Shown piece after piece: positions 1-13,536 of a stretch of 64,000 nucleotides of DNA (position 1 is the stretch's first letter; each line of letters begins with the position of its first letter). The stretch covers positions 18,724,001 to 18,788,000 of the forward strand of contig JBHGNT010000013.1 of assembly GCA_043228905.1 (NCBI GenBank), written 5' to 3'. The notes below the pieces were generated by a model. It searched no databases. It saw only the letters and a program-made list of their open reading frames with translations, and had not been told where the DNA came from. The DNA comes from Azolla caroliniana. Its lineage: Eukaryota; Plantae; Polypodiophyta. A program made the position numbers and the translations under genes.

Positions 1-99
1 TGTGAAAGGGGACAAAGGCCATTAAACGTAAAATGCAAAAGAAGTATAAAAAGCCAATTTAAGTTTTACTTCTTCTCGATTTCTCACTATTTACGTTTT

Positions 100-720
100 A
101 AATTTTGTGCTGTGGTTGGATGCATGATATGGAATTTTGGTTGGGTAGATGGGATGCAACACACTTGTTTCATGATGTACTCCTAGATTCCTCTGTAAAT
201 GAGGCCTTTTTGCGACGCCCAATGTATCTTGACATGGAACAAGTGTGGAGGGTTATGCTTCACACATTATACTACATATGTTGCACCTAACTAGAAAGCC
301 ATATTCTTTGTTGCGGAATGGGGGAACCATACACATGGATACACATTAGAGCCCACCATGTTGTCTACCATTCGAAGCATTGCTTCCATGCTACTTAGCT
401 CACATGCATTGCGGTGTGAGACGAGGCGTCGGGGCACAAGTGATGAGAGTGGTCAACTATGCACGCTTTGCCTAAACAAGTTCGAGAGTTTGAGTATCAC
501 ACATTGATACAATGCTTTGCCTTTGATCATATTTGACCATGCTTTCCATTCAACCAAGCCCAATCCTTGCATGAAATTCTCTCACATCCACAATGTGCAC
601 TCTCGATTGCAACATTCATTGGTAAAGTTCTTAAACATCGAGAGTCACTACTCACTTTCACATGTATCACGTGAAATGTTATATTTTTGGTCTTATAGGT
701 CATATTTGACCTCCAAAGAT
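100..720 (+). mobile_element. Decayed LINE 3' end
   Basis: Degenerate translation SHALRCETRR...CTLC...E.HTLIQC resembles the C-terminal Cys/His motif of LINE ORF2; followed by a (CT)n(CA)n tract. Confidence 0.55.
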
Positions 721-726
721 GTAACG

Positions 727-729
<3 letters not shown>

Positions 730-800
<71 letters not shown>
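730..800. repeat. (CT)n(CA)n microsatellite
   Basis: Directly visible compound dinucleotide run. Confidence 0.95.
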
Positions 801-3050
801 TTGATTAGTGCTAAGTAAATTGCGAGCCTTGCATTAACCCTAATTAATGATAGTGCATATGTTCACCACCCCTTTTACTAAAAAATCCTTGCAATTAAAA
901 CGAATCTTGAAAGAACATACTAAGGTCATGAATGTGTAAAAGTCTTTGAGTTAATTAACAAAAACTCAAGAATAGAACTCATGAACGAGTACGTGAAAAT
1001 AAATAAAAATAAAACTCGCGAGCATGTAAACAAAACAACAATTAAAAAAAGCTCATGAGCATGTAAACAATATTGTCACAGATTTGATTCCCAAGCCAAA
1101 TTATCCTCCAAAGCTAAAACTAGCATTAGAGAGAAAGTCACCGCCCTTACAAACACATTATTCAATCTAGATAGAGAAAATTTAATAAGGGAGGAGTGTG
1201 GAAGAATATGCTCAAGTTTTGCATGACCACATCCAAAGGGCGCATCAAATAAAATATCTCCACATGTGAAACATTAATCAAATTATTTAAGCAATATGGA
1301 GGATGGCTATCCCTTAAAAGGGAATAATAGAACTAGATGTAAACCACGGTTGGAGGGCTAGTTAGGTAGGTCCAATAGCACCTCGACAAGTTTAACCCCT
1401 ATACATTAGTACCTAGACATTAATCTTTGGAGGTGAAACATAGACGACAAGATGTATTATTTGGAATATGTTGTTGCAACATACCCCGTGGTTTCATGAA
1501 CATGCAAATGCATTATGGCACCTACACAAAACACACTCATGGTAGAAAAACATGCTTACAATCTTATGGAGTTGTGGTCTTCCAGTTAAGCAATAGGTAT
1601 TCCTATGGAGATGCCTGGTGGGTGTGCTCCCAACTAGATCAAATCGTCAAAAGCAATCGATAGCCTTGTCACATTGTGCAAGATGTGGTGGATGATTGGA
1701 AACAATATGGCACTTATTATGGACTTGCTCATTCACTACAACATTTGTACAAATATTCCGTGCATCTCTTTCTCACAGTTTTCCTGGCCGAAGGTTTGGG
1801 AAACACTTTTGGTTATTTGGACAAATTCCGTGCGCCCTATCTAGCAATGCCTATTTTCTCCAATGGACAAGATTTTGCGCACTCTAGACCATTTGGATGA
1901 CTCACAATAATAAGGTCTTTAATCGAAACCAATTGCATGAAGTTAACTTCTATAAGCAATTCCTCAGCCTTAGGCAATCTCTATTTGATTGTTTGCAACT
2001 TAGAAAATCAAATTGCAAATGTACACTCTTTACTTTGAGTGTTTCTAAGCTCTTTGGTGTCTAATAGCCAATTGTATATTTCTCTTTATTCTTTGCGGGT
2101 ATTCACCTCACTTTGAGGTTTCCCACTAGTAATAAAAGTGCTACTAGAAAACAAACTATTTGGAATATGAATAGTTGAACGAGAAATATAGTGTTAATGT
2201 CTGACCAATTACTCAAAGGGATGCAACCAAACACTGATACAACAAAAAATCAAAGTAGCTTTAAAAGAAAGCACTTGAAATTGAGGCACCCACTTCACAA
2301 AGCTAAAATCAATAGACTAGGAGCATACATACATACCAACAAAAACAATCATCTCATGATATCGATTCCTACATGAGCGTTAAATTCCACCATAAAAAGA
2401 AGGCCAAAATTTCAAATAAAGAGACTTTTCAAGAAGTTATATAAAGATTGCAATAATGCTTGAATGTCAACCATGAACCTAAGCTTCATAGGAACCTTGG
2501 GGTAACCCTCAACGTTATACACACTTATTTTTTAACCAATGAATGGCAATGATAAATCTACGAGTTAATCTCAAAATGATTGGGTGTAGAGAACCTATGA
2601 CCATGTCAAATATTTCAACTTTCAAGCTAATCGATCGAGCATACAATGCCTATCATAAACGTAATGTATGTAGTAGTCATCAAGCTAACCTTGGTTGATG
2701 ATAGAGTTAGTGTATGCTTCTAGATTGTCCTAGATGGAATGTTAAATCATGTCAATTAGTTGACACAGTTTTTTATCATCAATTTCACATGGACAAAAGG
2801 AAACCCCATATAAGAATTTAGAGACTAGCAATAGAAGTCATGAATCTAACCGTGAATTCTATTATAAGGCAAGATAACTAAATCATGTAAAAGAAGTTAA
2901 GAGATTTCGACACACCTCTCATGAATCCATCGAATAGGAAGGGGTTTCAGGGTTACATTACATTTGATTGCCTCTTGGCTAGGCCACACACGGATGCAAA
3001 CCGAAAGCGAAGACAAGAGCAAGATGCTTTTTTTTCATTTCTCTTTTGTT

Positions 3051-3347
3051 TTAATCAAGGCCCAAGACATAAAGTGTCGATGTCCGTGATAAGGTGTTGG
3101 TCTCAACTGGGGAATAGCAGGCAATTTGAAACATGACCAAATCTTTTGCTAACGAGCCGAGGACCATCTTTACCTTTTTCAGTTTTATGGGGCTTAGGGC
3201 ATATAGAGGCAAAATCCCTCCGATCTTGTGTCCCCTTCCAGAAAAAAACCCTGAAAAGAGCAATGTTATTGTTACTTGATTATGAGTGTTATTTGTTATT
3301 ACATGGGTTGTGTGTTCATTGGAAGAACTTAGTATCCATCGGGCCAT
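3051..3347 (-). mobile_element. Possible highly decayed Ty3/Gypsy RT N-terminal remnant
   Basis: PLYALSPIKLKKVK...LAK resembles PIYxLSPxELxxL...LAxGFI of the Gypsy RT at ~62400. Confidence 0.35.
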
Positions 3348-3689
3348 AGTATAGTATGAAACACACGTACCATACGTGCATTCGCATTCGAGAATGTTTC
3401 AATCATTTGAGAATGGTAAACACCCTCGAAGTATGGCAAATACCATACATTTGTATAATAATTGTAATTTGTATTCATTATTTACTAGCGTAAAAAAACA
3501 AACATATGATAAGCATTCGTTTTCATTCGTATGAGAGAAGAATGTTTGCCAAATGCATTCGAGTATATTACGTATTACGATCCATCCATCCAATTTCCCA
3601 TCAAACAAAAACAACACACAAACTTCTCCTTCCTCTGTTTCTTCTGTAATTCTAGTTTTCATGTCTTCTGCTGCTGTTATGGAACTCTG

Positions 3690-4363
3690 ATGAGAGCCAC
3701 GCAGAGCTGCGACGATGGCGCAGAGATCTCCATCGCCCCTTCCGAGCCTCGACAGGTCCCTGCACCTCCTTCCGAGCACCAGTCCCTCCTTTTGACGCCA
3801 GCGGAAAACCGAGGAGAAGAGGATGATGATGATGAAGAAGAAGAAGAAGAAGAAAAACGAGAGTCTTATTCTCCACCATTGGGAGGAAGCCATGTCCTTA
3901 CAAACTCAAGAACCAGATTTAAGATTCTTGATAACGTTATGTAACCATCTTCGCCTTTTCTTTCTCCATTTTTCTGGAATGTAAGAAGTGGTCAATAGCA
4001 TGCACAGATAATATTGTACCCAGTTTAATACCTTCCACAAAGATAATGTCGCAAGTCCAAACACGTGCTACCATTTTGATGGCACATGAATTCAGCCTTT
4101 TCATTTCAAATTCGTTGCATTTTATCTTGCTGCATTTCATTGCATTGCATATTGTCTCGATTAGTTTTGTTCCAATTCCATTTGATCGCATTTGCCTCTG
4201 TTCCATTTGATTCCATTCAATTTGTCTCCTTTCCATTTGATTTCTTTCCATTTGATTCCCTCTGTTCCATTGCATTGCAGCCTAGTGTACTGCTGGATCT
4301 TGAATTTTATGGCTCTTTTCATTTATGGATTGCTAATATTTCCAGGGCTTATCCAAGGTCTTG

Positions 4364-4405
<42 letters not shown>

Positions 4406-7400
4406 AAATTCTTTTTTTGTGGTCATATGTAAAGAAGAGTTGTAAATATATTTATATTCAAAATTTAAACTCATGCCATGTCTTTGGTTTGATATTTTAG
4501 TTGCTTGGCGTTACTTTTTTGACAAGCGAATTCGTCGGAACATTGCATATGGAGAAGAACCGCGGAATCAGTATGTATGACCATTATTATGGGGATTGTA
4601 GCTACATTTAATGAACCCCAATGATATGAACATTGTGACCAGTTTTTAAAGAGATTGTATGTAATTGGTGAGCTCAATTATTCTTGCACTCAGTATAAAA
4701 ATGGACATTAAAGGAGTATCTTAAATACTTTTATGGTTTTGGTGTTAGATTGGATCTCTATCTACCAGAAAACATAGAATCACCGAAGCCAGTAGTAGCA
4801 TTTGTGACGGGTGGGGCTTGGATTATCGGGTTAGTGCTATGTATATGACACAACAATGCTCTCTCGTTTTGCATCTTTAATCATTTGAATCATCTAATTA
4901 ATTGATTGCAAACTGAGATTGTTTTTGTGAATTTGCATCTATTCTTTTGCATTATCAATATTAGCCATGATGTAATAGCTTTTGATCATATTTTATATTA
5001 CATTCTGTAGAGTTATTCTCATAGGAGATTACTTATTTGTTTTACATATTTTGTGGGGACATTTTATCATTTGTTGTATCTTTTCTCATAATAAAAGAAG
5101 GAAACCCTATACCTTGGATTATTTGTGGTAGTCTTAGTGTCCCTTTATTGTTGTTAAAACAAGTATATTCTCTATTTACTCCCCCTTTACACCTTTCTCC
5201 TATAATAGTGAGAGACACATTACTCTTAGACCAATAAAAAGGAAAAAAAACAGTATTCTAACACACAGGGTGGATCATCTTGTGAGGGCATCCAAAAAAA
5301 GGAAATCTTAAAACAATGAGAAAAGTGGTAAGTAAACCAGCATCAAGAAGTTCCAAATTTTGGCAATAACCAAGGGACCGATTAAAATTAATATAAGAGA
5401 TTGATCAACATGTATCAGAGGAAGTCCAATGAAATATAGTTGCATTTCAAGGTACCTATGTTGTCCCAATGTCAAATGCCTCGTCCAGTGCAAGAATCGG
5501 TAAAAAGTAAATGAGCGTGCTTATCTAATGTTTTACATACCTCAAATGAAAAGAACACCCCTGGATAATATGATCAATGGAGCACAGAAACTGTTTGGAT
5601 TCAAAACAATTATCCATAAATGAACCTTCACCTACACTTGGAAGAGTGATGCTATGCATGGATGCTATGTCATTGTAGTCTATGGCATGCACAATAGGCG
5701 AAACCATTTGTACTCCTTGAGGATCAAGATGGACTTCTTGTTGACTTCAGATTTGTAGTCGTAATGCACATTCACTTCTGAAGTTATGTCTTCCACTTTT
5801 GTTCATTGTATTGTTTGGAACCTTTTAAGTCCTATGAATAACTTTGGTAAAATGATGTCCTGGATTTGGAAGGAGAGGATTCTATTTTAAGGAAAAATTA
5901 TTCCTGGCATTTTGCAGGCTCAGCATGACTACCTAAGCTAACTTATGAAGGAGAAGCTCTCTCCCCTTAGCATAGTAGATAGAATGAAATGTGAAATGAA
6001 AGTTACATGCATATCACCTAACTGCTGGTTGACATAGCATATCATGTTTTACAGCGAAACACATCTTATAAAGGATAACCAATTGCAGAAGAAATTTAAG
6101 TAAATGCTATGGCCAAGGTGAAGATGCCCATTGTATTTAAAAGAGTCATTGTTGATCATTGTTTTATGACTGCAAGAAATCTCTTCCTCTTCATATTCTA
6201 AGATACACGAAGTTGGCCAAAGAAAATTTGATGTCTGGCTGATGTGGCATCACAATAAAAATACCTCAGTTCCATATTGGAAATACCAATAATGAGCAAG
6301 CAATGTGTAATCTTTAAAACAATTAATGATTCCTGTGTGTGTGAAAGGACCACGTTTTGAAACTTAGTGAAAGCTCAAGGAGACATGTGATATTGACAAA
6401 ACATAGGGAGAATAACAAATTTATTGCATTCTTGCATCCATGAAAGGAACAGTTCAGAACCTTAAGAATGTTTTTATGTTTTAAAGTTTTGATCCCCTCC
6501 TGGAAATGCATTTCCTTGCTATCAGGCCCCAGTAGTAATTCAAAACTCTGAGGGCATTTGAAATTTTATTTCAAATTGTGATATCTCTCTCTTTCGAGTA
6601 TTCTATTTTCTTAATCTTGCAATAGCATACAATTTCTAAAGTGATGATGTTATTCCTAATAACAACCCTGATGTTTTTATAGAGCCAAAATTTGGTCCTC
6701 ATTCTTGATATCGTTCTTTTCGAAATGGTTTTTAGATATAAAGCATGGGGCTCTCTTTTAGCACTTCAACTACTGCAAGAAGATGTGATCGTTGCTTGTA
6801 TAGATTACAGGTAAATGTGCTAAAACTTCAACCCTTGACATCCTGAATCTCTTATTGATGATGGTTTCTAATCTCTTGGCAGGAATTTCCCTCAGGGTAC
6901 TATCAGTGACATGGTACAGGATGTATCACAAGGAATATCCTTTATCTGTAACAACATCAGTGCCTATGGTGGGGACCTAGATAGGTATGCAGAGCATATA
7001 ATGCTGACTAATGTGAGAATGTACAAACTTATGAGTCATATATTGTGTCAATATTAGGCTTTATCTAGTTGGGCAATCTGCTGGAGCACATCTGGGAGCA
7101 TGTGCATTGATGGATCAAGTAAAGAAGCAGATTGATAGAGGAGATGTAGAATCAGTGACTGAACATTACCATAGCGGTAATGAGGATTCTTTGCTATGGA
7201 CGCCTTCCCAATTCAAAGCTTATATTGGCATTTCGGGCGGGTGAATATGTCTTTTTTCTTTTAATAATTTGTTATCTCACAGCATTCATGTGGCACATTA
7301 AGAAACAAAATCTAAAAATCTATACATAGTGTAGTCAGACAAAAAGTGTTGAAGCACTGGGTAGGAGATGAACTGTCATTGCTTCCTTTAGAACAGTCTT

Positions 7401-9312
7401 CTTTCATGTTGTATTGTTGGTGGTTCATATTATTATTCACATTAGGAATCATTCACACACATGACTTGGTTATTCAGTCGGCTATATATACTACCACATC
7501 GTGGAAAATAAATGTCTTCTTGCTTTTCGCATTGTTAATCTGATCATATCCCCACATTAGGGACCATTCATAAAAATACATGACTTAGTTCTTCTTGCTT
7601 TTCACATCGTTAAATCTGATCATATCCCCACGTTAGGAATCATTCACACATATGACGTGGTTATTCAGTCGGCCATATACACTACCACATCGTGGAAAAT
7701 TATCATCTCTGTAGGTTTCTAATGGCTTACTTGTAGGATCCAATAAACTGTAGGCTTGTTTTTATTATTGCATATCATAGATGAAGTTTATGTAGATACA
7801 TATATATGTATGTACGTACATGCAACTGCCGCACACAGTAGACATATCTGTTGTATATGCTCATGACTTTAATCTATATTTCTGTATTAATTTCTCTTTG
7901 CATGTAACCCATTCTGTTGTTATTTTCTTGAAATCATGGCTTTGATCATCAAAACCCTTTCTCTGGCAGGTATGATCTGTACAAACTTTCAGAACATATT
8001 CAGAGCAAAGAATTGTCTCAGGGATTATTTTTCAGGTGCTTCTGTTTCTTCCTTGCAAAATGAAATGCAAATTCATTCTTATTTGCCATTTTATCTTGCT
8101 ATTTTGTGTGTAGAAAGAAAGTTTTTGATCCAATTACTGAGACTATTATGTGGAGCACATTTATGTAGTATATTTGGGTTGTCAGCAGTGGGCTTCAACC
8201 GCAAAAATCAGTTTTTCAATCAAGACCTTTTTTCTCCATAAAAAATTCATTTCAGTTAGTTTGGATTCTTTGCTTGGAGACAGAAGTTAGAAAGTTTTTT
8301 ATAAGTTGAAGAGAACTTGGTTTTTGCTTCACTAACATTACTATATCTGCAATCTGGAATCATGCATACTAGAATTCGCTTCATGATATAATGAAACCAA
8401 GTGCTTAGGATGTCATTTGAAAGATCGAAATTCAACTTATGTTTGAGGTGTTATTTTGAGATTCCAAAACCTTCCTCAAAAAGTTTGAAAATTTGTGGCT
8501 GATCTTTTCTTCAGAATTATGGAAGGTGAGGGATCTCTTCTACGTTACTCCCCAGAGCTTCATCTCAAAAGCATGAGCAAACAAAATGCAGGGTCTCTAC
8601 TACCACCGATATATCTGCTCCATGGCACAGATGATCATTCTATACCCCACACGGCGAGGTATATGAAAGACCATGAATAATCAACTATATAATGCTAAGG
8701 AATGACATTGAAAAGATAAAAACATAAAAAAAAACAGAAAATATCCGTTGGATATTTATTAGGATACTTCTAGGTTTTCAAAAAGAAGAATCCAGAGTAC
8801 CCCTTGTCTTCTATGAATTTACTATTAGAGATGGGTAGTCTGGTTTGAAACCAAGAGGTATTTTGGTAAATATCCTAAAACTCAAGGATATTTTGCTGTT
8901 TACCCAAAGTTGTAACCATTCAATACTAATTGATATGATTCTGAAATATGCAAAGAAACCTAATGCTGTTGCTACTCAAAATAAATGCTAAAACCATATC
9001 AGAATCAACAAAAAAACCCTCCACCTGATTTTGTTGCTCCTCAAATACAGCATATCATTTGTACATACTCTTACATCTTCTGGGGCTGAAGCAAAAGTCA
9101 TATTGTATGAAGGCAAATCACACACAGACCTATTCCTTCAAGATCCCATGCGCGGTGGACGTGATGCTGTCCTCGAAGACATTTGTTCTGTTATGCGTGA
9201 AACTAGTCATAATGATGATGGTAATAAAGGAAACTATGATCCTAGACGATTGCAACGCAGAATGGTTCCTGAAATTCTCTTAAAACTTGCTCATAAAATT
9301 AGCCCATTCTAA
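3690..9312 (+). CDS. ICME: Isoprenylcysteine alpha-carbonyl methylesterase-like alpha/beta hydrolase, 10 exons
   Basis: Exons 3690-3940, 4281-4357, 4501-4570, 4749-4829, 6736-6810, 6883-6984, 7058-7240, 7970-8035, 8515-8658, 9051-9312, all GT-AG and in phase. Motifs [27 protein letters not shown] (nucleophile), [14 protein letters not shown] and C-terminal ISPF. Confidence 0.93.
4110..4280. repeat. Degenerate pentamer repeat (TTCCA/TTGCA/TTTGA) in ICME intron 1
   Basis: ttccatttgattccattcaattt...ttccattgcattgcag runs into the 3' splice site. Confidence 0.75.
7438..7700. repeat. Mosaic tandem duplication in an ICME intron
   Basis: ~70-bp unit cacattaggaatcattcacac...ccacatcgtggaaaat at 7438 and 7629; tcttcttgcttttc...atctgatcatatcccca occurs twice between them. 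Confidence 0.8.
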
Positions 9313-12300
9313 AACTTGAGACCCCCATGATTGTCTCAATTAGAAGGCATGCATATTGTTATATCACAATTGAAATGATTTTTCTTCATTGACTAACCAT
9401 GCAAATCTCCCATATTTGGTGTTGTTCAAATATATGAAATATAATTTACATACAACGTTTTGATTAACAAGAGCAAAATTATAATTGTATAATTCCAGTG
9501 CCTTTGTGACAAAGAAAAAATGAAAATTGCAAAATCTTTGACATATTTGGTGGCAAAAGTTTTCAGTACTAATTAATCCATGATAAATTGCTTTGGCATT
9601 ACTCTAGCTATCGATGCTCTCCTTTTAAGTCTTCCTTTAATACATAATGTTTATTGAGATGAAGCAATCAAGGAGATTATGTTGGAGTTCTCATGGTTGA
9701 AAATAGGAGAAACAATTCATATTCACTTGAAGTAGTACTTACTCTTTCACAAGCATGTTGATGTAGTGAAGTATAAGGACTTGATGTGTAGGGTGGTGTA
9801 TGCATATTTAATTAGGAAAAGGGTACATTTTACTCATGAAAAATCCACATATAACAAGTTATTTAACTAGGCCTTTAAAAGAGGGTTTACATATGGTAAC
9901 ATGAATTGAAAAGGTAACGGAGAAAACACTCCAAAAGAAAATGTGGCCTTGTTCTTGTCTTGCTTGAGGAGGCATCGGCAACCAGAGAAAGGAAGCAAAT
10001 GTAGTAGGCAAAGGCGTTACTTGCTCACTCTTATACCACTAGTCTTGCTAGTCTTGCATGAGGTTTAGAACATACAAACATTCATATGTGGATATACACA
10101 TGGAATTGTGCATTTTACCAAGAGATAAATCTTGTTATGGTGTAGTAATCCTTTGGTGATTGTTAAACCACCCTTGAGGTTCTAGATTCAACCTAACAAG
10201 TCCATTGGTTGAGATATATTTTATATCCAAGAATGTGTAAACCGATACATTCTTTGTAAATAATGATCTTACAAATTCAATTTTCACAACTAGGTTAGCA
10301 CCATCCTCTTTTTATAATGTTACCAAAAAAGATATTGCATGCTAAAGCACATTATGGAAGCGTTGATTGCCTTTAAACCTCATATAGAAATTGTGTGCAC
10401 CACCACCAATATTATCAAACCAATTATTTCTTAAAAAATCTTCAACATTAATGCATCGAAAAAATGGAGTTATATTCTTCAACAATGGATTTGTTTCATT
10501 CATTTGAAAAAGTATTTGTATTGTTACTAAGTATGAGATCAGGCACGCTAAAAACTTGGTCTTGATATCATTCTTCACAATTTCACTTTCCACGACCACG
10601 TGTTGAAAAATAAATATGCTTATTTGTTAGTGTCAAAGCATGCAAACCAAATCATTTTCTCCTTAAAAGGGCTGCACATATATATTCAAATTGGTTTTAA
10701 GGCATTCACCACCCTCTCCATCATCGTGTGAGCATTTACATATACCCACCAATGTCAACAAAAACCATGACAATCTTGATAAAGATGCAATTGTTGTAGG
10801 TTCAATTTCTTATTTATTTCTATATTTTAATGATATATTATTTGCACTTGCTATTTTATAGGTCCAATTGATAGCATTATTACATTGTATAGATAAAAAC
10901 ATTTTATTGGCCATGTATATCTTATTATAGCTTTAAATATGCTCTATGTCTTAATCATATTAAAACATCATAAATAACTACTACATATATACTTTTATGC
11001 CAACTACAACCACACTCATGATACAATTAGAGTATGCCTTTACTCCACCTAGAATGACACCTATGAACCTATATGTAACAATTAGAATGAATTTCTTTTT
11101 TATATGTATTACTCCATTGCACATATATTGCTAGAAGATTGACAACTCCCTTTTTAACTTTTCTTGAAAGGTTATCGGTGCACAACGTTGTGTCTTCTTT
11201 TGGAAATCACGGTGGCTTGTTCACCCTTCCAACCTCCACTCTATACTCCCTGTAGGCTGTGTTTATTAAATATTCTAGTAGAAATAATCTACAATAAAAA
11301 GGTGGTACATGTGCATATTTGTTATATGAGGCAATGTAGAATCAATTTGTCGATTCTTCTTTTTTTATTTGTGGTGATTAAGTGGCTAGAATTTGGATAA
11401 ATCCATGGTTGTACCATTGCATAATTTGGAGATATATATATATATGTTCATATTCATATTCCTTGTGCATAGACCTTTAATACAAAAAGGAGATATCATA
11501 CCCTTTGTTTTACCCAAAAGTTCCAACCTCTTAAATATATAACACCCCTACCTACCTAGTGCCTTATATCTAACATCATTCGTTATCACATATCGTCATG
11601 AGCATGCCTACATCCTTTATATATATATATATATATATGCTCTTTGGCATATTAGTTCTTTATGTTGTGTACTTCCTAGGACCTAATGATCACATATTAC
11701 GATTGTTATCCAGACAAACATTCCACAATTTCTCGTATTTCATCTAAACATACGTATTTGAAGAGTTCTATGGCACAACGATTAACAATAAGAAAAAGTG
11801 CCCAACAAAACTTGGGGGCCCAATTACTCTCACTAAAAATGACTGAATCAACATATAGCAATTTAAGTGGACAAGGTTTACGAAGAAGTGCTAGGAATTT
11901 ACCAGCAAGGCCAATCCCTGAGGAGCATTACCAATTGTAATGAGAAGCCGTAACCTCGATCGAGTAAGCAAAATATATATATATATTTGTAGGATTTTCA
12001 CAGATGCGCCCGAATCACATGGGCAATCGGCGGCCACCATTATAGAGTAATTGGATCATAAAGCTTTTCTTCGAATTGCTAGAGAAACTGCGCAAATAAT
12101 TTCCGGGAGATTGGGGACAAGAATCGGTCGGTCTCCGTTCGATTCGATTCCATGGGCGATCGATCGATTCTAGTAGAGTTACCACTAAAGCATCTTATGG
12201 CCTCTTCTTAACTTAACTTATGATGAGAGTGTAGAGAAACAGAGTTTGAAAATTGAAGGACCATGACTCATGAAGTGGTCATCCCCTCACCTCAGAGCTC

Positions 12301-12562
12301 TGTTTCCATGGCGTAGAGAAACGGTGTCTTTGTACAGTCTGTCTTGACCCCACCCACAGGAGCCCCAGGAAAAAGACTATATAGGATATGGAAACCTCTG
12401 TTATTTCTCCAAGAAATGGAGAAGAAGCAAGGAACAATGACCAAAAGGTTGAAGAAAAATGGCCATTGCTACTGACCTTCATCTTTACTCAAGGATCTTT
12501 CTTTTTTCTTCTCCTTCCTCTCCCCCATCTTTTCTTTTCTTTACTTTGATGTGCAGGAGTAC

Positions 12563-12640
12563 ATGAGGACTACTTTGGGCTGTCGCTTTGGCTGCGTTGT
12601 ATTCCTTTTGAGAGCTCTGCTGGAATTGGAAGTTTTATAG
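12563..12640 (+). other. Putative 25-aa upstream ORF of the phosphate transporter
   Basis: ATG 12563 to TAG 12640 (MRTTLGCRFGCVVFLLRALLELEVL), just after a polypyrimidine/CAG acceptor at 12556 and 35 nt before the main ATG. Confidence 0.4.
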
Positions 12641-12675
12641 GAAATTTTAATGAGATTTGGTGTTGGCTGTGGTGA

Positions 12676-13489
12676 ATGGAAGGAGGAAGTATCCCAATTG
12701 ATCCCTCTTCAACCACAACAGATAATCCTCATGATTTTCTTCGAGATTGGAACTCCACATATCAATGGATCACCATAGCTGGGGGGTTTTTCTCATTTCT
12801 TCTCGCTCTATTTGCAGGAGCTAATGATCTCCCTACCTCAGTAAGCTTCATCTTCTCTCTTTGTTGTATATTGTCTTTTGATTGAGAGGAGGTCATGCAA
12901 GGTCCATATTTTTGTGTAATGTTCTGATTCATAAAAATGCTTCTTTGATTCCATAAAAACTCTCAAGATAGTCATGATCTCGTAATGGTCTAATTCAAGA
13001 AGAAGAGCTCACCATTATCCAAATTTGTATCACAAAATCGTGATTGTTTTGTGCTTTTTATGATGTTTTTGATTGAGATGAAGAGGTCAACAAACAGCCT
13101 TGATTTTTTAATATTTGGACTGCCAAGAGGCAACAAAACATCATTATTGTCAACAAACAGCTTTGATTTTTTAATATTTAGACTGTCAAGAGGCAACAAA
13201 ACACCATTATTGTACAATGTTTTGAGTGGTGAGAGGTCATAAAACACATATTCTTTGACCTCTGAAGGAAACTAAGTTTTTTTTGGGTTGTTGATAGTTG
13301 AATCTTGATGACTTTAGCTATGTTTTTATTTTACTGCTTCCACAGTTCGGTGCATCAATTGGCTCAGGGGTGATTTCCTTGAGGCAGTCTTTGATTTTGA
13401 CTCTTGTGATGGAGATTCTGGGGGCCACACTTCTTGGACGCCACACTATCAATGCTGTTGAATCTTGTGTAAGTGAGAAGAAGAAACTG

Positions 13490-13536
<47 letters not shown>

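Noticed and set aside
1400-1950. Cys/His-rich short ORFs, possible transposase remnant
   Set aside because: No motif could be assigned with confidence.
3399-3893. 164-aa minus-strand ORF with poly-Phe
   Set aside because: Antisense shadow of the GAA-rich ICME exon 1.
3937-4275. ORF with repeated MExxQ units
   Set aside because: Translation of the intronic pentamer repeat.
5300-5760. Possible decayed retroelement in ICME intron 4
   Set aside because: Too degenerate to support by eye.
7438-7700. Intronic snoRNA cluster or snRNA USE elements (CCACATCG, CTGA)
   Set aside because: No proper box C or USE-TATA spacing; explained by tandem duplication.
10100-10750. Possible Helitron/PIF1 helicase remnant
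   Set aside because: Only a vague resemblance; no intact helicase motif.
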